Both the position numbers and the translations under genes were made by a program. 64,000 nucleotides of DNA from Parcubacteria group bacterium Athens0714_12 (GTDB taxonomy: Bacteria > Patescibacteriota > Patescibacteriia > UBA2591 > VMGY01), in contig VMGY01000003.1 in assembly GCA_007378955.1 (NCBI GenBank), forward strand, positions 26,264 through 90,263, in the 5' to 3' direction. Positions 60,128 through 64,000 of the stretch are shown one piece after another. Below the pieces are notes generated by a model. The model searched no databases and was not told the DNA's origin. It saw nothing but the letters and a program-made list of their open reading frames with translations. Within the stretch, counting starts at the first letter, position 1. The number at the start of each line of letters is the position of its first letter.

Positions 60128-60814
60128 TTACCATTTTTTCTTTTTTAAAGCATTTTCCGCCGCTTTTACTTGCGCTTCCTGCTTGCTCATTCCCTCCCCT
60201 GAAGCGATTAATTTATCTTCTAAAAATACTCCTATTTTAAAATATTTTGCATGGTCGGGACCGCTTTCTTCCAAAACATTGTAAATGGGCGTAATCTTAA
60301 ATTTTTCTTGAGATATTTCCTGGAATTTGGTTTTCGGGTCTATGTGAAGCTCATGTTTTAAAATATGCGGGAGCTTAAAAATCAGTTTTTTTTCAATAAA
60401 ATCAAAAGTCTTTTTCAATCCCTGGTCTAAAAAAATCGCCCCCACCAGGGCTTCAAAACCATCGGCTAAAATATATTCTCTGGCCTTGCCCTTATCTTTT
60501 GCCTCTCCCTTGCTAAGATAAAGATACTGGCCCAAATCCAAATCTTTGGCTAAAACAGAAAGCGTTTTGGCATTAACCAAGGCGGCCCGCCAATTAGTTA
60601 AATCTCCTTCTGGATTTTTATAATTTTTATAAAGATATTCCGTCACAATCAATTCCAAAACCGCGTCGCCTAAAAATTCCAATCTTTCATTATGTTCCAA
60701 ATGGAAATTGGGATGCTCGTTCAAATATGAGCGATGGACTAAAGATTGGCTTAATAAATTTTTGTCTTTAAATTTTAATCCTAAAATTTTTTCTAATTTG
60801 GAAAAATCTTTCAT
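60128..60814 (-). CDS. rnc: ribonuclease III
   Basis: HNERLEFLGDAVL, ADGFEALVGA, dsRBD. Confidence 0.96.
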   Translation of the reverse strand: MKDFSKLEKILGLKFKDKNLLSQSLVHRSYLNEHPNFHLEHNERLEFLGDAVLELIVTEYLYKNYKNPEGDLTNWRAALVNAKTLSVLAKDLDLGQYLYLSKGEAKDKGKAREYILADGFEALVGAIFLDQGLKKTFDFIEKKLIFKLPHILKHELHIDPKTKFQEISQEKFKITPIYNVLEESGPDHAKYFKIGVFLEDKLIASGEGMSKQEAQVKAAENALKKKKW

Positions 60815-60933
60815 AATTGCCTTATTTTATTCGTACAACCAGCATCGCATTCGTATATTGGCATCGAATTTAAAACATTGCAACGCGATGCTAATATGCG
60901 AATTCATGCTAATAATACAAATAAATCAATTTA

Positions 60934-61353
60934 TTATTTATTAAACATTTCTTTATAAATACTGCCTAAGACGCCATTAACAAACCTGCCTGAACTTTCG
61001 CCGCCGAATGTTTTAGCCAATTCTATCGCTTCATTAATCGCCACCTTGGGAGGAACTTCGGGAGAAAATTTTAATTCATAAATCCCTATCCTTAAAATGT
61101 TTCTGTCAATAATGGTAATCTGCTCAATCGGCCATTCAGGCGCGTATTTTTCAATAAACTTATCAATCGCGGAAATATTTTTTATTATTCCTTTTACCAA
61201 ATTATCAGAAAAATCTTTATCTTCCAAACCAGGGGCTAATTCTCTTTTATTGCGTTCCAATATTTCAGACAAATCTTGAACGCGCTTATCATTAAAGTCC
61301 CATTGGTAAAGAGTCTGCATCACGATTGTTCTGGAGAGATGACGATTCGCCAT
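60934..61353 (-). CDS. nusB: transcription antitermination factor NusB
   Basis: [31 protein letters not shown]. Confidence 0.95.
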   Translation of the reverse strand: MANRHLSRTIVMQTLYQWDFNDKRVQDLSEILERNKRELAPGLEDKDFSDNLVKGIIKNISAIDKFIEKYAPEWPIEQITIIDRNILRIGIYELKFSPEVPPKVAINEAIELAKTFGGESSGRFVNGVLGSIYKEMFNK

Positions 61354-61378
61354 ATGCTTTTATAAAAAAATAAATATT

Positions 61379-61603
61379 TTATTTATTTTCTTCTTTTTTG
61401 TTTTTTTTCGCTTTTGAATCTTTTTTTAATTTCAATTTCAAAATTTCTCTGCCGGCGTAAACGCCGCAAAAAGCGCAAGCATGATAAGGCAAAGCCGCTT
61501 TCTTGCATTTAGGGCAAAAAATAACTCTTACTTTTTTTAAAGCATGAGTGAACGCTCTTTTTCTTTTTTCGCTTCTTGGTCTTTTTTTGCTTGGTAAAGC
61601 CAT
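61379..61603 (-). CDS. rpmF: 50S ribosomal protein L32
   Basis: MALP.K, CPKC...HAC.FCGVYAGR. Confidence 0.9.
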   Translation of the reverse strand: MALPSKKRPRSEKRKRAFTHALKKVRVIFCPKCKKAALPYHACAFCGVYAGREILKLKLKKDSKAKKNKKEENK

Positions 61604-61619
61604 ACGCTAAATTTATTTC

Positions 61620-61910
61620 ATAAATTTTAAAATCCTAAATCCTAATTTCTAAATCCTAAACAAATTTTAAACTTCGCCGGTAGGTTTTTGCATTCCCATA
61701 GGATACATTTTATTATTTTTAATCATAAAAATTAAATCATTAAATATCTTACTTTTTAATATAGTCTATTTTAAATTTTAAAGCAAGTAAATTCTCTGTC
61801 CCCAGACTTTCCCCAGCTTATGCACAAAATAATTTTACTTAGTGTGTTTGTAGTATTTCTTATCTGTGTTATAATCTTTATTACATCCATATCTCTATTC
61901 CCTAATTTAC
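61620..61910. other. candidate oriC / dnaA promoter region
   Basis: AT-rich divergent intergenic region; degenerate DnaA boxes 61796-61827 (TTATGCACA); gene orientation switches here. Confidence 0.4.
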
Positions 61911-61914
61911 TTTT

Positions 61915-63270
61915 ATGATGACCAAAGAAGAACTTTGGCAAGCTATTTTAGGCGACCTTGAACTTTCTCTCAGTAAGGCCAACTTTACGACATGGTTTAA
62001 AAAAACTTTCATTTCTTTAGTGGAAGACGACCATATAGTAATTAGCGTGCCTAATGATTTTACTAAAACTTGGCTGGAAAAAAAATACCATAAAGCGATC
62101 TTGGAAACTCTTCAAAATTTGACTGACGATAAAATAAAAAAAATTATTTACAAAATAGAAGTAAAGGCAATTGCTAACGCGGCAAATTTAGAAACAAGCC
62201 CGATGGCGGCCAGCGTAAAAGTTGAGACCAGGCATAAAATAAATGAATTTGGACTGAATCCGCAATACAGCTTTTCCCGTTTTGTGGTCGGAAAAAATAA
62301 TGAATTAGCCCATGCCGCCTGCCAGCATGTGGCTAAAAGTCCCGGCGAAAAATACAATCCTTTATTTATTTACAGCGGCGTTGGTTTGGGGAAAACCCAT
62401 TTAATGCAAGCAGTGGGGCATCAAATTATAGAAAAATTTCGCAAGAAAAAAATTCTATACGCAAGCTGTGAAAAATTTACCAATGATTACATCCAGGCCG
62501 TCAGGGAAGGCAACGCGAAAGAATTTAAAAATCTTTACCGCAATGTAGATCTTCTATTAATTGACGATATCCAATTTATGACCGGCAAAGAAGGAACGCA
62601 AGAAGAATTCTTTCATACCTTTAATGAATTGCATCAAAAAAATAAACAAATTGTGATTACTTCCGACAGACCGCCAAAAGCCATCCCTGGCTTGGAAGAG
62701 CGTTTAAGTTCCAGATTTGGCTGGGGAATGATTACTGATATTTCCAAGCCGGATTTAGAAATGAGAACGGCTATTTTCAGGTCAAAATGCCAAGAAAAAA
62801 ACTACGCGCTCACTGAAGACATCGCTAATTATGTCGCTTCATACATTCAAAACAATATTCGCGAATTAGAAGGAGCTTTAAATAAAATAATCGCTTTTCA
62901 TGAACTGAATAACACCATACCCACGATTGATTCCGTCAAAGCAATTATTTCCAATTTAATATCGCAACCGCGGCAAGGAGCGACCACGCCCAGACAATTA
63001 ATAAAACTAATCTCGGAATTTTATGAAATAAAATTAGAAGATTTATTGGGCGTAAGGAGGACAAAAACTTTAGCCCTGCCCCGGCAAATAGCCATGTATT
63101 TATTAAGAACCGAATTAAACACTTCTTATCCCGCCATTGGTCAGGAATTGGGAAACAGAGACCATACGACCGCCATCCACGCTTGCAATAAAATCAAAAA
63201 AGAAATTGAGAATGAAAGCAGAATCAAGCAAGACATAGAAATGATCAAGCAGCGCTTATACGCGATGTAA
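61915..63270 (+). CDS. dnaA: chromosomal replication initiator DnaA
   Basis: YNPLFIYSGVGLGKTHL, LIDDIQF, EEFFHTFN, NIRELEGAL, RDHTT. Confidence 0.97.
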   Translation: MMTKEELWQAILGDLELSLSKANFTTWFKKTFISLVEDDHIVISVPNDFTKTWLEKKYHKAILETLQNLTDDKIKKIIYKIEVKAIANAANLETSPMAASVKVETRHKINEFGLNPQYSFSRFVVGKNNELAHAACQHVAKSPGEKYNPLFIYSGVGLGKTHLMQAVGHQIIEKFRKKKILYASCEKFTNDYIQAVREGNAKEFKNLYRNVDLLLIDDIQFMTGKEGTQEEFFHTFNELHQKNKQIVITSDRPPKAIPGLEERLSSRFGWGMITDISKPDLEMRTAIFRSKCQEKNYALTEDIANYVASYIQNNIRELEGALNKIIAFHELNNTIPTIDSVKAIISNLISQPRQGATTPRQLIKLISEFYEIKLEDLLGVRRTKTLALPRQIAMYLLRTELNTSYPAIGQELGNRDHTTAIHACNKIKKEIENESRIKQDIEMIKQRLYAM

Positions 63271-63434
63271 TTGTTTATTATCAGAATGAAATCCTGAATA
63301 AATCGTTAAATTTAATCCCGGCTTTAAATCGGGATTTTTTATAAGCCTTGAAATTTTTCAGAAAAAGAGTAAGATAAATTAAAAAAATAATTAATATCCC
63401 CCAAATGGCTATCCATGGGGTATAGGAGAATAAA

Positions 63435-64000
63435 ATGTCCGAGGAAATGAAAATAAATCTCAATAAAATGCCAAAAAGCATCGTGGAATTAACTATTGAG
63501 ATAAATACGGAAAATTTAACCCCTTTTTTAAACAAAGCCGCTAAAAGGCTTTCTCAAAAAAATAAAATTTCCGGTTTTAGGCCGGGAAAAACACCTTTTA
63601 ATCTTATAGAAAAACAATTAGGGACGATGGCGATTTATGAAGAAGCGATGGAAGAAATTTTAAATGACAGTTATTTTAAAGCCCTGAAAAAAAATCAGCT
63701 TTTACCGGTGGAAAAGCCGAAAATAGATATTATCAAATTTGCCCCAGGCAATCCATTTATCTACAAAGCTATTTTTGCCGTCCTGCCTAAAGTAAAATTA
63801 GGCGACTGCAAAAAAATCAATCTTAAAAGAAAGGAAATAAAAATTACTCCCGACCAAATGGAAAAAGCCTTGAAAGAATTGCAAAAAATGCGAGCCAAAG
63901 AAACTCTGGTTGACCGGGAAATCCAAAAAGGAGATAAAGCTATCGCTGACTTGGAAATGTTTATCGATAAAGTTCCCTTGGAAGGCGGTCAAAGTAAAAA
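63435..64000 (+). CDS. tig: trigger factor (3' truncated by window)
   Basis: AGGAG SD, M..MKINLNKMPKSIVELTIE, ISGFRPGK signature; frame open to the window end. Confidence 0.9.
   Translation, partial: MSEEMKINLNKMPKSIVELTIEINTENLTPFLNKAAKRLSQKNKISGFRPGKTPFNLIEKQLGTMAIYEEAMEEILNDSYFKALKKNQLLPVEKPKIDIIKFAPGNPFIYKAIFAVLPKVKLGDCKKINLKRKEIKITPDQMEKALKELQKMRAKETLVDREIQKGDKAIADLEMFIDKVPLEGGQSK

Noticed and set aside
63281-63535. 84-aa minus-strand ORF
   Set aside because: Overlaps the tig 5' end antisense and has no initiation signal; a shorter membrane peptide cannot be fully excluded

Overview
AT-rich bacterial chromosome segment, most likely Patescibacteria/CPR (Parcubacteria-like). This is inferred from intron-laden unlinked rRNA genes, tRNA-Arg(GCG), split ComEC, a short SMC and a relaxase-free VirB4/PrgI locus. 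The window holds a 23S-5S unit (minus strand) with three group I introns (equivalent to L1917, L1931 and L2593; two carry LAGLIDADG ORFs) and an ORF-bearing stem-loop insertion. A separate 16S-tRNA-Ile unit lies about 46 kb away. There are 11 tRNAs, housekeeping genes (rplS, pnp, rpsO, radA, rsmA, leuS, recG, trmD, khpA, rpsP, smc, rnc, nusB, rpmF, dnaA, tig), competence genes and a 17 kb T4SS-like cluster with a 2096-aa Cys-rich protein. The most striking unexplained structures are: (1) a leader-peptide/terminator/antiterminator arrangement upstream of the 23S gene; (2) heptamer-repeat palindromic cassettes, one carrying a four-helix-bundle ORF and others empty, whose repeats also occur in frame inside essential proteins; (3) a MITE family that rebuilds gene starts and stops (leuS, pnp); (4) a free-standing LAGLIDADG gene whose stop codon is the anticodon of tRNA-Ser(UGA); and (5) a stand-alone 28-aa histone-H1-like peptide gene. 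All calls were made by eye, without database searches.
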